Source: an uncultured Gammaproteobacteria bacterium
GTDB lineage: Bacteria > Pseudomonadota > Gammaproteobacteria > SURF-13
Direction: 5' to 3'
Length of the DNA: 64,000 bases
Assembly: GCA_947085325.1 (NCBI GenBank)
Contig: CAMTVY010000006.1
Coordinates: 68,889 to 132,888 of the forward strand
Below are positions 22,448 through 33,995 of this stretch, piece by piece (position 1 is the stretch's first letter; each line of letters opens with the position of its first letter). The position numbers and the translations under genes are program-made. Below the pieces are notes generated by a model. It saw nothing but the letters and a program-made list of their open reading frames with translations, was not told the DNA's origin and ran no database searches.

Positions 22448-23341
22448 CTAACCCTCCTGCCGGGCGCTGCGTGCAGACAGCCACGCCGCTGCAACAATCA
22501 GCAATCCGCCCACCCATTCACGCGCTGTCAGCATTTCATGCGCGAGCCATGCGGCAGATACTGCACCCACGATCAGCTCAAACAACAGAATCACTGCCGA
22601 ACGATGCACTGGCATGTGACTCACACCGTACTGCACGGCCAGCGTCATGAGTGTGATTCCGAATACCCCCAGCGCCGCCGCCAGTGCGAACATCGAGGGC
22701 TCGGCCACAGGGAGTGGCGTGTTGGCATAGCCCATCCACACAACGGCCAGCATCACACCGCCGACCCAGGCCGCCATGGTCTTCACCGTCACCGGCACAT
22801 CGGCCATTTTGCGCACCAGCACATTCGATACCGCAAAGGCGGCACCTGACGCCAGCGCCAGCCAGTCGGCCGGCTGTTGCGGCCAGGGCCGCCCGAGATC
22901 GGCATCCCACAACATGATCAGGGCGCCGCTCATGGCCACCGCCAACGTAGTCCATGCCCTGGCTGACAAGCCCTCCCGCAACAGCCACCAGCCCAGCAGT
23001 GACGCCCACACCGGCGCGAGATAAAACAGCAGTAGCACCCTGACCACAGTGCCATCGATCACGGCGAGGATGAAAGCGGTGTTACAAAACCCGGCGGCCA
23101 GCATGAGCAGCAGCAACAGCAGCGGTGCGCGCGCAATCTCATGGCGCTGGCGTATGAGCAAGGGAACGCTTAACCCCAGGGCGGCGGCATTCATGATCAG
23201 ACTCACCCACAAACCTGTGAGACCGTTTTCCTCAAACCAGCGCAGCGGATACCAGAGCACGCCCCAGAGTGTCGCACCCAGCAGCAGTGCTACTACTGGC
23301 AAAAGGGATAACGTGCGGCGGGATAACATGGCTTGAAGCAT
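22448..23341 (-). CDS. EamA/DMT family transporter
   Basis: 297 aa, about ten hydrophobic segments, two-repeat DMT-like organisation. Confidence 0.75.
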   Translation of the reverse strand: MLQAMLSRRTLSLLPVVALLLGATLWGVLWYPLRWFEENGLTGLWVSLIMNAAALGLSVPLLIRQRHEIARAPLLLLLLMLAAGFCNTAFILAVIDGTVVRVLLLFYLAPVWASLLGWWLLREGLSARAWTTLAVAMSGALIMLWDADLGRPWPQQPADWLALASGAAFAVSNVLVRKMADVPVTVKTMAAWVGGVMLAVVWMGYANTPLPVAEPSMFALAAALGVFGITLMTLAVQYGVSHMPVHRSAVILLFELIVGAVSAAWLAHEMLTAREWVGGLLIVAAAWLSARSARQEG

Positions 23342-23473
23342 CGGACAGATTTCCTGCGACAGGGACTGGAAAGGGCATCGCCAGCATCACGCGGCACATG
23401 ATACGTGGCGCTGGGTCATGGGGGTACTTTATACTACAGCATATGAATCGCATGCACCGGCCCGCTATCTTTC

Positions 23474-24670
23474 ATGAATCCTGATCTATCCACGCTTCTG
23501 CCCTACCCTTTTGAGCGCCTGCACCAGCTCAAGCACGGCATTACACCGCCACCCGAGCTGTCGCCCATCGTGATGTCCATGGGCGAGCCCAAACACAAGC
23601 CGCCGGCCTTCATCGCCGCTGAAATCCAGGCTCAGCTGTCCAGCCTTTCCAGCTACCCCACGACCCGTGGCACGCAGACACTGCGTCAGGCCATTGCCGA
23701 CTGGCTGACACAGCGCTTTCATCTGCAAGCACACGCGCTCGATGCCGAACGCCACATCCTGCCGGTGAATGGCACCCGCGAGGCGCTGTTCGCGCTCGCC
23801 CAGTGCGTCATCGATCGCCAGTCCAGGCCGCTGGTGCTGATGCCCAATCCGTTCTACCAGATCTACGAAGGTGCGGCGCTGCTCGCGGGCGCGCAACCCT
23901 GGTTCATGAATACCACGCCGCAGACCGGCCTGCTGCCCAATTTCGACGCCGTGCCGGCGTCCGTATGGAAACAGTGCCAGCTGATCTACATCTGCTCCCC
24001 CGGCAATCCCACCGGTGCAGTGCTGGGCACAGCGGCGCTGGAGCAGCTGATCCTGCTCGCCGACAAATATGACTTCGTTATTGCCGCTGACGAATGCTAT
24101 TCGGAAATCTATACCCGGGAAGAACAACCGCCGCCGGGCCTGCTGGAGGTTGCCGCCCGCATGGGGCGCGATGATTACCGTCACTGCATCGTGTTTCACA
24201 GCCTGTCCAAGCGCTCCAGCGTGCCCGGCATGCGCTCCGGGTTTGTCGCGGGCGACGCGCGTATCATCGAAAAATTCCTGCTCTATCGCACCTATCACGG
24301 CTGCGCCATGCCGCTCTACATACAGGCCGCGAGCGTGAAGGCGTGGCGCGACGAAAAACACGTCACGGAAAACCGCAAACAGTACCGCAATAAAATTGGC
24401 ACCGTGGCCGATATACTGACGCCCGTCATCGACGTGCCGCAGCCTGCGGGTGGATTCTGCCTCTGGCTGCCCACGCCCATTGACGACCAGGTGTTCACCC
24501 GCGAGCTCTACGCGCGCCATAACGTGACCGTGTTGCCCGGCAGCTTCCTGTCGCGCAAGGCGCACGGCCACAATCCCGGCCAGAACCACGTACGCATTGC
24601 ATTGGTGGCAGAAGAGCAGGAATGCATCGAAGCCGCACACCGGCTGTGCGACTTTATTCGCAGTTTGTAA
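23474..24670 (+). CDS. dapC: succinyldiaminopimelate aminotransferase (class I PLP aminotransferase)
   Basis: 398 aa aminotransferase fold (SLSKRSSVPGMRSGF has the PLP-lysine context). Lies immediately upstream of dapD and dapE. Confidence 0.8.
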   Translation: MNPDLSTLLPYPFERLHQLKHGITPPPELSPIVMSMGEPKHKPPAFIAAEIQAQLSSLSSYPTTRGTQTLRQAIADWLTQRFHLQAHALDAERHILPVNGTREALFALAQCVIDRQSRPLVLMPNPFYQIYEGAALLAGAQPWFMNTTPQTGLLPNFDAVPASVWKQCQLIYICSPGNPTGAVLGTAALEQLILLADKYDFVIAADECYSEIYTREEQPPPGLLEVAARMGRDDYRHCIVFHSLSKRSSVPGMRSGFVAGDARIIEKFLLYRTYHGCAMPLYIQAASVKAWRDEKHVTENRKQYRNKIGTVADILTPVIDVPQPAGGFCLWLPTPIDDQVFTRELYARHNVTVLPGSFLSRKAHGHNPGQNHVRIALVAEEQECIEAAHRLCDFIRSL

Positions 24671-24694
24671 CTTGATAGTGGAGAAGACAATACC

Positions 24695-25516
24695 ATGAGC
24701 AGCACACAGGAAATCATCGAGCAGGGCTTTGAACAGCGCGCCGAAATCACACCCCAGAATGCCGACGCGCGCCTCAAGCAGGCCATTCGGGAGACACTCG
24801 ACCAGCTCGATGCCGGCACGCTGCGCGTAGCGCAGAAACAGGCTGGTGACTGGGTTGTCAACCAGTGGCTGAAGAAGGCCGTGCTGCTGTCATTTCGCGT
24901 GGAGGAGAACCGCTTTATCCAGGGCGCCTACAGCGCCTACTACGACAAGGTACCCGGCAAATTCAGCAGTTATGACGACGCCCGCTTCAAGGCCAGCGGC
25001 GTGCGTGTGGTACCGCCCGCGATGGCGCGCAAGGGTTCCTACATTGCACCGGGCGTGGTGTTAATGCCCTCCTACGTCAACATCGGCGCCTATGTCGATT
25101 CCGGCTCCATGGTAGATACCTGGGCTACCGTAGGCTCCTGCGCCCAGATCGGCAAGAATGTGCACCTCTCCGGCGGCGTCGGCATCGGTGGCGTACTGGA
25201 GCCGGTACAGGCCGGGCCGACAATCATCGAAGACAACTGCTTCATCGGCGCCCGCTCCGAAGTGGTAGAGGGCGTAATCGTGGAGGAAGGCTCGGTGATA
25301 TCGATGGGCGTCTACATCGGCCAGAGCACCCGGATATTCAACCGCATGACCGGCGAAGTCAGTTATGGCCGCATCCCGGCGGGCTCCGTGGTAGTATCCG
25401 GCAACCTGCCTTCCGCCGACGGCAGCTACAGCCTGTACTGTGCGGTCATCGTGAAGCAGGTCGACGCCAAGACCCGCAGCAAGGTTGGCATCAACGAGCT
25501 GTTGCGGGATATTTGA
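24695..25516 (+). CDS. dapD: tetrahydrodipicolinate N-succinyltransferase
   Basis: 273 aa with a hexapeptide-repeat C-terminal half. DapD-like throughout. Confidence 0.92.
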   Translation: MSSTQEIIEQGFEQRAEITPQNADARLKQAIRETLDQLDAGTLRVAQKQAGDWVVNQWLKKAVLLSFRVEENRFIQGAYSAYYDKVPGKFSSYDDARFKASGVRVVPPAMARKGSYIAPGVVLMPSYVNIGAYVDSGSMVDTWATVGSCAQIGKNVHLSGGVGIGGVLEPVQAGPTIIEDNCFIGARSEVVEGVIVEEGSVISMGVYIGQSTRIFNRMTGEVSYGRIPAGSVVVSGNLPSADGSYSLYCAVIVKQVDAKTRSKVGINELLRDI

Positions 25517-26997
<1,481 letters not shown>

Positions 26998-27018
26998 GGC
27001 AATACACGCTGTGGTGAA

Positions 27019-27615
27019 TTAAATTTCCCGCCTGCCCGTAAAAGCGTGGGACAGTGTCCCGCTATCGACGTACTCCAGTTCGCCACCCAAGGGCACACCA
27101 TGCGCGATGCGCGTGGGCTTGATGCCGCGTGCGCGCGCCAGCTCGCCAATGTAATGCGCCGTGGCCTCGCCCTCGACGGTCAGGTTGGTGGCGAGTATGA
27201 CTTCCGTAATCTCGCCCGCGTCAAAGCGCGCCGCCAGCTTGTCGATACCCAGTTCATGGGGCCCGATCCCGTCCAGTGGCGACAGGTGGCCCATGAGCAC
27301 AAAATACAGCCCTTTAAAATCCGTGGCACGATCCACTGCCAGCACATCAGCAGGCGTCTCCACCACACACAGCAGACTGAGATCACGCCGGGAGTCGGCG
27401 CACAAGCGGCATAGCTCGCTCTCGCTCAGGCTGCGGCACGACTTGCAATGATGAATGTTCTCCATGGCTGTTGTAAGCGCCTGCGCCAGTGCGCGCGCAC
27501 CGGCACGGTTACGCTCCAGCAGATGAAACGCCATGCGTTGCGCCGATTTCGGCCCGACACCCGGCAGGCAGCGCAGCGCCTGCACCAGTTCGTTGATAAG
27601 AGAGTCCTGTGCCAT
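27019..27615 (-). CDS. recR: recombination protein RecR
   Basis: Cys4 zinc finger [16 protein letters not shown] followed by a Toprim domain. 198 aa. Confidence 0.94.
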   Translation of the reverse strand: MAQDSLINELVQALRCLPGVGPKSAQRMAFHLLERNRAGARALAQALTTAMENIHHCKSCRSLSESELCRLCADSRRDLSLLCVVETPADVLAVDRATDFKGLYFVLMGHLSPLDGIGPHELGIDKLAARFDAGEITEVILATNLTVEGEATAHYIGELARARGIKPTRIAHGVPLGGELEYVDSGTLSHAFTGRREI

Positions 27616-27618
27616 GCT

Positions 27619-27692
27619 AATTACTCATAAGTCCATAAGTAAGACGATCTTTAGCTACTACATCCCCGCCCCCTGTGCAGGGTGGGGGCAGG
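27619..27692. repeat. REP-like intergenic element, copy 1 (degenerate palindrome)
   Basis: The flank aattactcataagtccataagtaagac and the core tccccgccccctgt are shared with the copy at 40713-40783. Confidence 0.7.
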
Positions 27693-27734
27693 TTAAAATA
27701 GGGTATTTAATCAGGCGTCACCCATGACGCCCGA

Positions 27735-28058
27735 TTAAAACGGCATCTTGAAGCCGCCCGGCAGGCCGAGCCCGCCGGTCATGCCGGCGTATTTTTCCTG
27801 TGTGACCTGCTCGATTTTGCGTACGGCGTCATTCACCGCTGCCGCCAGCAGGTCCTCGAGCATTTCCTTGTCCTCCTGGAGCAGACTGGCGTCGATATGC
27901 ACGCGCCTTACGTCATGGCGCCCGTTCATTATCACGCTCACCAATCCGGCGCCCGACTCGCCCGTCACTTCCAGTGCCGCGAGCTCTTCCTGCGCCTTCA
28001 GCATATTGGCTTGCATCTGCTGCGCCTGTTTCATGATGCTGCCGAGTCCACCTTTCAT
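27735..28058 (-). CDS. ybaB: nucleoid-associated protein YbaB/EbfC
   Basis: ORF 27735-28169. The likely start is ATG 28058 after AAGGAG ([27 protein letters not shown]). Confidence 0.93.
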   Translation of the reverse strand: MKGGLGSIMKQAQQMQANMLKAQEELAALEVTGESGAGLVSVIMNGRHDVRRVHIDASLLQEDKEMLEDLLAAAVNDAVRKIEQVTQEKYAGMTGGLGLPGGFKMPF

Positions 28059-28108
28059 CGTCACTCCTTCCTTACTAGCCGTCAATGTTGACCCGCCCAG
28101 TATGCGGG

Positions 28109-29695
28109 CTACTCCTTTTTCATCACGCGCACAGCATCGGGCTGCACGCGTGTATTGAAGGTCGCACACAGCGTCTGCACCAGCTCGTCACTCTCGATGG
28201 CCTGAAGCGCCGCCTGCTGACGATCGTTCTGTACGCGCGCGTCTGTCAGTGCAGGCGTTTCCTGCTCCGGCGTGCCGGCACTGATTTCCAGCTTGACCGG
28301 CGCACCGAGATGCTCCTGCAGGGCCTGCTGTAGTTGCTGTTCGACCGTCTTGCGCTGCAAATGTGCCTGCGACGTATCCAGCAGCAGACGCACCACCAGG
28401 CCTTCGCGTCCCAGCAGCACGCAATTGGCTGCGAGTTGACGCGTCATACCGGTGAGCTTGAGCGCGCCGATGATGTCAGCCCACTCGCCGCTGGCAGCAG
28501 GCGGCACAGGTGCCGCTACGCCTGTTTTCGCTGCGGGCACAGGTGTTGGGGTAACGGGAGCTGCCTTTGCGGACGCGGGACTCGCTGCGACCGGTGCTGC
28601 CTGTGTTGCCGTAACAGGCCGGAAAGCCAGCATGCGCAGCAGCAGCATCTCAAACCCGGCCTGAGGCTCAGGCGCCAGCGGCAGATCACGCCGCCCCAGC
28701 GTGCCTATCTGGTAAAACAACTGCACATCCTCCGGCGCAATGGTGCACGCCAGCGCGAGCACGGCGTCACGCGCGCCTTCGTCGTCATTGATGGCGTCAG
28801 GCAGGGTCTGCGCCAGGGCGATACGGTGCAGTTGGGTGAGCAGGTCAGCGAGCACACCCTCAAAATCCGCTGCATGCTGCGCCAGCAATTCCACCCGTTC
28901 CAATAATGCCTGGGCATTGTTCTGCGCCAGCGCCTCAAGCAAGACGAACACATGTGTTTGTTCGATGCTGCCCAGCATGGCACGCACATCTGCTTCCCGC
29001 AGGGCACCACCGCCGTAGGCGATGGCTTGATCGACCAGACTTAACGCATCCCGCAGGCTGCCGTCGGCAGCACGTGCAATGGACTTGCAAGCTGCCGTCT
29101 CGCTGCTGATACCCTCTTGCGTCAGGATATGCTCTATCTGCCGTGTGATCATATCTACCGGCACGCGCTTCAGGTTGAACTGCAAACAGCGCGACAGAAT
29201 GGTGACCGGGAGTTTTTGCGGATCCGTGGTGGCCAACAGGAATTTCACATGCGGCGGCGGCTCTTCCAGCGTCTTCAACAATGCGTTGAAGCTGTGCGCG
29301 GAGAGCATGTGTACCTCGTCAACCAGATACACCTTGTAGCGGCCACGCGTCGGCGCGTATTGCACATTTTCCAGCAGTTCGCGCGTGTCTTCGACCTTGG
29401 TGCGTGACGCGGCGTCCACTTCGATCAGATCGATAAAGCGTCCCTCGTCAATTTCGCGGCAGGCACTGCAGGCACCGCACGGCGTAGAACTTACGCCCTG
29501 CTCACAGTTCAGCGCCTTGGCAAGCACGCGCGCCAAGGTGGTCTTGCCCACGCCGCGCGTACCGGTGAACAGGAAGGCATGGTGTAACCGGTCATTGTCC
29601 AGCGCGTGGGTCAGCGCACGCACCACATGCCCCTGCCCCACCATCTCGGCAAAATTTCGAGGGCGCCACTTGCGCGCCAGGACTTGATAACTCAT
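28109..29695 (-). CDS. dnaX: DNA polymerase III gamma/tau subunit
   Basis: ORF 28109-29806. The likely start is ATG 29695 ([21 protein letters not shown]). Walker A is GTRGVGKTT. Confidence 0.93.
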   Translation of the reverse strand: MSYQVLARKWRPRNFAEMVGQGHVVRALTHALDNDRLHHAFLFTGTRGVGKTTLARVLAKALNCEQGVSSTPCGACSACREIDEGRFIDLIEVDAASRTKVEDTRELLENVQYAPTRGRYKVYLVDEVHMLSAHSFNALLKTLEEPPPHVKFLLATTDPQKLPVTILSRCLQFNLKRVPVDMITRQIEHILTQEGISSETAACKSIARAADGSLRDALSLVDQAIAYGGGALREADVRAMLGSIEQTHVFVLLEALAQNNAQALLERVELLAQHAADFEGVLADLLTQLHRIALAQTLPDAINDDEGARDAVLALACTIAPEDVQLFYQIGTLGRRDLPLAPEPQAGFEMLLLRMLAFRPVTATQAAPVAASPASAKAAPVTPTPVPAAKTGVAAPVPPAASGEWADIIGALKLTGMTRQLAANCVLLGREGLVVRLLLDTSQAHLQRKTVEQQLQQALQEHLGAPVKLEISAGTPEQETPALTDARVQNDRQQAALQAIESDELVQTLCATFNTRVQPDAVRVMKKE

Positions 29696-29773
29696 GAAAT
29701 TGGATAGTGCATGGATAAAAGACCAGAGTACCAGAATTTTATCCGGTTTCCGGCCCCAGGTCTTCACTTTAAT

Positions 29774-29890
29774 GGGCGGCGGCCTGCACCAGCCACACCC
29801 CGGCACACGAGCAAAGCTGCTGCCGCTGCTCCCTTCCGGGCCTGACGGGATTCACAACCTGTCGTTGCGAGGGGACCGGCGCAAGCCACC
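29774..29890 (-). ncRNA. ffs: signal recognition particle RNA (4.5S RNA)
   Basis: The minus strand reads ...CGUCAGGCCCGGAAGGGAGCAGC...GUGUGCCGGGGUGUGGCUGGUGCAGG, matching the 4.5S domain IV core. A 15-bp closing helix pairs 29876-29890 with 29778-29792. Position upstream of dnaX is a known conserved arrangement. Confidence 0.9.
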
Positions 29891-29895
29891 ATAAA

Positions 29896-30180
29896 GCGGG
29901 GCGGGATTCACTCGGCACAGCCATGTGCCTTGCCCTGCGGGCAGCGCTGCCGCGCTGTGCAAATCGGCTATCCTGCCGATTTGTCGAACCCAACCACTGA
30001 AATCGCGGGCTCTCATCCCGGGTCACTACAGCCATCTTTTATAATCATAATGGCGGAGAGGGCGGGATTACTCCGTACTTCCATGTACTCCGCCCTGCGG
30101 GCCAGCCTCCGGCTGCTCCAAATCGCTCCCGGCGATTTGGTCGAACCACTTTCAGATAATCGCGGGTTCGAATCCACACA
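29896..30180. repeat. two tandem paralogous structured elements (A about 29898-30020, B about 30059-30175), each starting with gggcgggatt
   Basis: Hand alignment covers about 120 nt. Four hairpins are retained in both copies. B is preceded by an exact copy of the tRNA-Ser 3' end (30049-30069 equals 30224-30244). Confidence 0.7.
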
Positions 30181-30183
30181 TGA

Positions 30184-30225
30184 TTTTCATCAAAGGGGGC
30201 TAAAAACAGCCCCCTTTGATGAAAA
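30184..30225 (-). terminator. palindromic hairpin immediately 3' of tRNA-Ser(GGA), possibly bidirectional
   Basis: ttttcatcaaaggggg (30184-30199) is the perfect complement of ccccctttgatgaaaa (30210-30225), and two more pairs close the loop. G5/C5 core followed by a T-rich stretch. Confidence 0.7.
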
Positions 30226-30316
30226 TGGCGGAGAGGGCGGGATTCGAACCCGCGATACGGGGTTACCGTATACACACTTTCCAGGCGTGCTCCTTCAACC
30301 GCTCGGACACCTCTCC
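30226..30316 (-). tRNA. tRNA-Ser (anticodon GGA)
   Basis: Folded by hand into a cloverleaf: GGAGAGG acceptor, GAGCGGTTGAA D-loop, anticodon loop CTGGAAA, long variable arm, GCGGG-TTCGAAT-CCCGC T-arm, encoded CCA. Confidence 0.93.
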
Positions 30317-30567
30317 ACTTCCGCGCCAACATCGTGCCTAGCCCGACGTTGGCGAGCGTGCAAGATTAAACCAGAACCCCAGCAAGCGCAATTTAAGTTG
30401 AGGATATCGGCATGGAATTATGCTACCATAATCAGGTAAATTGGTGCCTAAAGGCACTGGTTTATCTCGTGTAAAACTCACTGACAGCTGTGTTTGTGGG
30501 CCTCCTCCCTGGAGTCCAGCCCCGCACACTGGCTTTTTTGAATTTACAGACATTTATCAGGAAGCCC

Positions 30568-31578
30568 ATGCACAACGGTACTACGCTTACGCAGTTTATC
30601 ATCGAAGAACAACGTCACATCGGCGCGAGCGGCGACTTCAGTGCGCTGCTCAACGATATCGTCACGGCCTGCAAGGTCATTTCCAATGCCGTACACAAGG
30701 GCGCCCTGATTGGCATCCAGGGCAGCGCGGGCAGCGAAAACGTACAAGGCGAGACCCAGAAGAAGCTGGACGTCATCACCAACGAGATTTTCATCAAGTC
30801 CAATGAGTGGGCGGGGCACCTCGCCGCGATGGGCTCGGAAGAGATGGACGATATCTACACCATCCCGCGCCAATATCCGCGCGGCAAATATCTGCTGGTA
30901 TTCGATCCGCTTGACGGCTCCTCCAACATCGACGTGAATATTTCCGTGGGCACGATCTTTTCGATCCTGCGTTCGCCCAAAGGACTCTCACAAGAACCCG
31001 CAGCTGCGCGCGACTTCCTGCAACCCGGTATGCAACAGGTCTGCGCGGGCTACGCGCTCTATGGGCCTTCCACCATGCTCGTACTCACCAGTGGTCACGG
31101 CGTCAACGGCTTTACGCTCGACCAGAACATCGGTGAATTCATCCTCACGCATCCCGGCATGAAAATTCCCGAAGACAGCATGGAATTCGCCATCAACGCC
31201 TCTAACGAACGCTTCTGGGAAGCACCGATACAGCGTTATGTAGATGAATGCCTGGCTGGCGTCGAAGGCCCGCGCAAGAAAAATTTCAACATGCGCTGGA
31301 TCGCTTCCATGGTCGCCGAGGTGCACCGCATTCTGATCCGCGGCGGTGTATTCATGTACCCCAAGGACACCAAAGACCCGGCCAAGGCCGGCAAGCTGCG
31401 TCTCATGTACGAGGCCAACCCGATGTCATTCATCGTGGAACAGGCCGGCGGCGTGAGCACCACCGGGCAAGAGCGCATCCTCGACATTCAGCCTGCTGAT
31501 CTGCACCAGCGCGTACCGGTGATCCTGGGCTCCAAGAATGAAGTCGACAGAATTATTGCTTACCACCATAGCAGCTGA
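30568..31578 (+). CDS. fbp: class 1 fructose-1,6-bisphosphatase
   Basis: ORF 30490-31578. The likely start is ATG 30568 ([15 protein letters not shown]). [10 protein letters not shown] motif. Confidence 0.92.
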   Translation: MHNGTTLTQFIIEEQRHIGASGDFSALLNDIVTACKVISNAVHKGALIGIQGSAGSENVQGETQKKLDVITNEIFIKSNEWAGHLAAMGSEEMDDIYTIPRQYPRGKYLLVFDPLDGSSNIDVNISVGTIFSILRSPKGLSQEPAAARDFLQPGMQQVCAGYALYGPSTMLVLTSGHGVNGFTLDQNIGEFILTHPGMKIPEDSMEFAINASNERFWEAPIQRYVDECLAGVEGPRKKNFNMRWIASMVAEVHRILIRGGVFMYPKDTKDPAKAGKLRLMYEANPMSFIVEQAGGVSTTGQERILDIQPADLHQRVPVILGSKNEVDRIIAYHHSS

Positions 31579-31588
31579 AAGAGGTGTG

Positions 31589-31614
31589 CCTGAGGGGAGA
31601 CCTTTCCCCTCAGG
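31589..31614. terminator. bidirectional hairpin between convergent fbp and the small Rossmann ORF
   Basis: cctgagggga / tcccctcagg form a 10-bp perfect stem with a 6-nt loop, followed by ttt. Confidence 0.65.
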
Positions 31615-31635
31615 TTTCGCAAGGGACGAAAAGCA

Positions 31636-32010
31636 TCAATACCCGCCTTTTCCGTGAATATCAGGCAGATCCTTGCTGCCCATCATCTTCCACATCATGT
31701 GGGCAATCGCCTCCGTCGCAATGGTAGTGTAGTGATTGTTGGCGGCCGCCAGCTTCTCTCTAAGCTCGCGGCGCGTCTCGGTGCTACCGGTCAGGTCGAA
31801 GATGATGTCCACTGCATTTCCAGAGGCAATGAGCTCATCAATACTGACCGCCCGGATGCCGGCTTGTATCGCCAATACCTTCCCCGCTGTCTCATTGCGC
31901 TCCACAACACAGGCAATCTCGATACCTTTATTTTTGAGTGGCAGCATTTGCTCAAAAAAAACAGCACCCACCCTACCCAAGCCAACAACGGCAATATTTA
32001 GCGTCTCCAT
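31636..32010 (-). CDS. hypothetical small NAD(P)-binding Rossmann-like protein
   Basis: 124 aa from ATG 32010. IAVVGLGRVGAVF is a GxGxxG motif at the N-terminus, like the NAD-binding domain of homoserine or aspartate dehydrogenase-type enzymes. No catalytic domain follows. Confidence 0.55.
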   Translation of the reverse strand: METLNIAVVGLGRVGAVFFEQMLPLKNKGIEIACVVERNETAGKVLAIQAGIRAVSIDELIASGNAVDIIFDLTGSTETRRELREKLAAANNHYTTIATEAIAHMMWKMMGSKDLPDIHGKGGY

Positions 32011-32074
32011 TAACAATGCCCCTTTAATATGCCCCAGAATAGAGCGCTCAAGATAGGCCTCTGCGATAATGACG

Positions 32075-33970
32075 TCAAGCTTGCAGTGCCTCTAATTCCT
32101 CCCAGCGCGCATAGGCCAACTCCAGCGCATCACTGATCTCCGCCAGCCGTTGCGTGGCGCTGAGAAATGCCTGTTGCTGGTGCCGGTAAAAATCAGGTTG
32201 CGCCAGCCTGTCACTCACTTCTTTCTGTTCAGCCTCCAGCGCCTCGATGCGGGCATGCAGGCTGTCCAGCTCGCGCTGCTCCTTGTAGCTGACCTTGCGT
32301 GGCGCGGCTTTCGCCTGCACCTTTACACCTGGCTTGATTGCTGGTGCTGGCGATACCACTGCTGGTGCCTCCTGCTGTTTTATCTGCCGCTGCCAGTCTG
32401 CATAGCCGCCGACGTACTCCTCTATCCTCCCCTCGCCCTCAAACACCAAGACGCTGGTGACCACATTGTCCAGAAAGGTTCGGTCATGGCTCACCAGCAG
32501 CAGCGTTCCCGTGTAGGCAGCGAGCAGTTCTTCGAGCAGCTCCAGTGTCTCGATATCAAGATCGTTGGTCGGTTCGTCCATCACCAGCAGGTTGGCGGGC
32601 TGGGTAAACAGCCGTGCCAACAGCAGGCGGTTACACTCGCCACCGGAAAGCGACTTGACCGGGGAGCGGGCGCGGGCGGGAGAAAACAGAAAGTCCTGCA
32701 TGTAACTGATGACGTGCCGTGATACACCGTTGATGGTCACGATGTCACCCCCCAGCGACAGGTTCTCTATCACCGTGCGCTCAGGGTCGAGCTGGGCCCG
32801 CAACTGGTCGAAATAGGCGACCTGCAGCTTGGTACCCTCGCGCACGCTACCGCTGTCGGGCACCAGATCACCGAGCAGCAGCTTGAGCAAGGTGGTCTTG
32901 CCCGCCCCATTCGGACCAATCAGGCCAACCCGGTCGCCCCGCATGATGCGCGTGGAAAAATTATTGACCACCGCTTTGCCGTCATAGGCCTTGCAGACCG
33001 CTTCGGCCTCAATCACCAGCTTGCCGGAGAGTGCCCCGCTGTCCAGTGCGATGCGTGCCTGCCCGGGTTGTGTGCGGCGGCGTGCGCGCTCCTCGCGCAG
33101 GGCATAGAGCCCGCGCACGCGGCCTTCATTGCGCGTGCGCCGCGCCTGTATGCCTTTGCGTATCCAGACCTCTTCCTGCGCGAGTTTCTTGTCAAACTTG
33201 GCGGCATGATCGGCCTCGACGGCGAGCATCTCCTGCTTCTTCTGCAGGTAATGCCCGTAATCGCCCGGCCAGGAGGTAAGCTGTCCGCGATCGAGTTCGA
33301 CGATGCGGGTGGCGAGACGCTGCAGCAGGCTGCGGTCGTGGGTGATGAACAACAGACCGCCGTTGAAGCTCAGCAGCAGCTCTTCCAGCCAGGTGATCGC
33401 CGCGATGTCCAGATGGTTGGTCGGCTCATCCAGCAACAACAGATCCGGTTCGGAAACCAGCGCCTGCGCCAGTGCGACGCGCCGCCTCCAGCCGCCGGAG
33501 AGTTCGCCCACAAGTTTGTCGGCGGGCAGCTCCAGACGGCTGAGCACCGTGTCGATGCGTTGATGAAAGCGCCAGCCATCCCGCACTTCCAGCTGGTGTT
33601 GCAACTCGTGCAGGCGCTGCAACAGCGCATCGGTAGAGTCATGCTCCAGTTGCGCCAGCGCGTGATGATAACCACTCAATACGGCGGCAAGATCGCCCAG
33701 GCCTTCGGCGACGGTATCAAATACCGTACGCCCTTCCGCCAGCACCATCTCCTGCGCCAGCCTGCCAATACGCAAGCCCGGCTGCCGCCACACTACGCCG
33801 TCATCGGGCAGGATCGTGCCCGCGATAATCTGCATCAGCGTCGACTTGCCGGTGCCGTTGCGACCGACAAGACAGACGCGCTCGCCGGGCTCGACGATGA
33901 GATCGGCATGATCGAGCAGCGCGTGATGACCAAAGGCGGCGGAAACTTTATCCAGATTGATGAGGGGCAT
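32075..33970 (-). CDS. uup: ABC-F family ATPase Uup
   Basis: ORF 32075-34189. The likely start is ATG 33970 (MPLINLDKVSAAFG). Two ABC cassettes (GRNGTGKST and GPNGAGKTT; LSGGWRRR and LSGGECNR) and a C-terminal coiled coil. Confidence 0.88.
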   Translation of the reverse strand: MPLINLDKVSAAFGHHALLDHADLIVEPGERVCLVGRNGTGKSTLMQIIAGTILPDDGVVWRQPGLRIGRLAQEMVLAEGRTVFDTVAEGLGDLAAVLSGYHHALAQLEHDSTDALLQRLHELQHQLEVRDGWRFHQRIDTVLSRLELPADKLVGELSGGWRRRVALAQALVSEPDLLLLDEPTNHLDIAAITWLEELLLSFNGGLLFITHDRSLLQRLATRIVELDRGQLTSWPGDYGHYLQKKQEMLAVEADHAAKFDKKLAQEEVWIRKGIQARRTRNEGRVRGLYALREERARRRTQPGQARIALDSGALSGKLVIEAEAVCKAYDGKAVVNNFSTRIMRGDRVGLIGPNGAGKTTLLKLLLGDLVPDSGSVREGTKLQVAYFDQLRAQLDPERTVIENLSLGGDIVTINGVSRHVISYMQDFLFSPARARSPVKSLSGGECNRLLLARLFTQPANLLVMDEPTNDLDIETLELLEELLAAYTGTLLLVSHDRTFLDNVVTSVLVFEGEGRIEEYVGGYADWQRQIKQQEAPAVVSPAPAIKPGVKVQAKAAPRKVSYKEQRELDSLHARIEALEAEQKEVSDRLAQPDFYRHQQQAFLSATQRLAEISDALELAYARWEELEALQA

Positions 33971-33995
33971 GTATGTATTTTCGTGGCTAGTGTGA

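Noticed and set aside
23486-24640. 384-aa minus-strand ORF running through dapC.
   Set aside because: It is antisense to a clearly recognisable aminotransferase gene. It has the Arg/Gly/His/Ala-rich composition typical of shadow ORFs in GC-rich DNA and no recognisable motif.
28109-29695. Programmed -1 frameshift site (A AAA AAG type) producing gamma from dnaX.
   Set aside because: Scanning by eye, I found no A-AAA-AAG heptamer in the mid-gene region. The only A-run (ATGAAAAAGGAG) is at the very 3' end next to the stop codon. This was not an exhaustive computational search.
30155-30185. GGTTCGAATCC T-loop-like motif on the plus strand in repeat copy B, suggesting a plus-strand tRNA.
   Set aside because: The flanking bases (gcggg ... 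ccaca) cannot form a T-stem. No acceptor stem or 7-nt anticodon loop with proper flanks can be drawn. At best it is a tRNA-derived fragment.
30049-30244. Integrated prophage or genomic island at tRNA-Ser(GGA), implied by the duplicated tRNA 3' end.
   Set aside because: Only 154 bp separate the two repeats (30070-30223), and this stretch contains no ORF, let alone an integrase. It is kept only as a possible ancient scar in the findings.
29930-30439. 169-aa plus-strand ORF across the ffs to tRNA-Ser interval.
   Set aside because: It reads straight through the tRNA-Ser(GGA) gene, its terminator palindrome and the tandem structured repeats. It starts at TTG and I see no ribosome-binding site.
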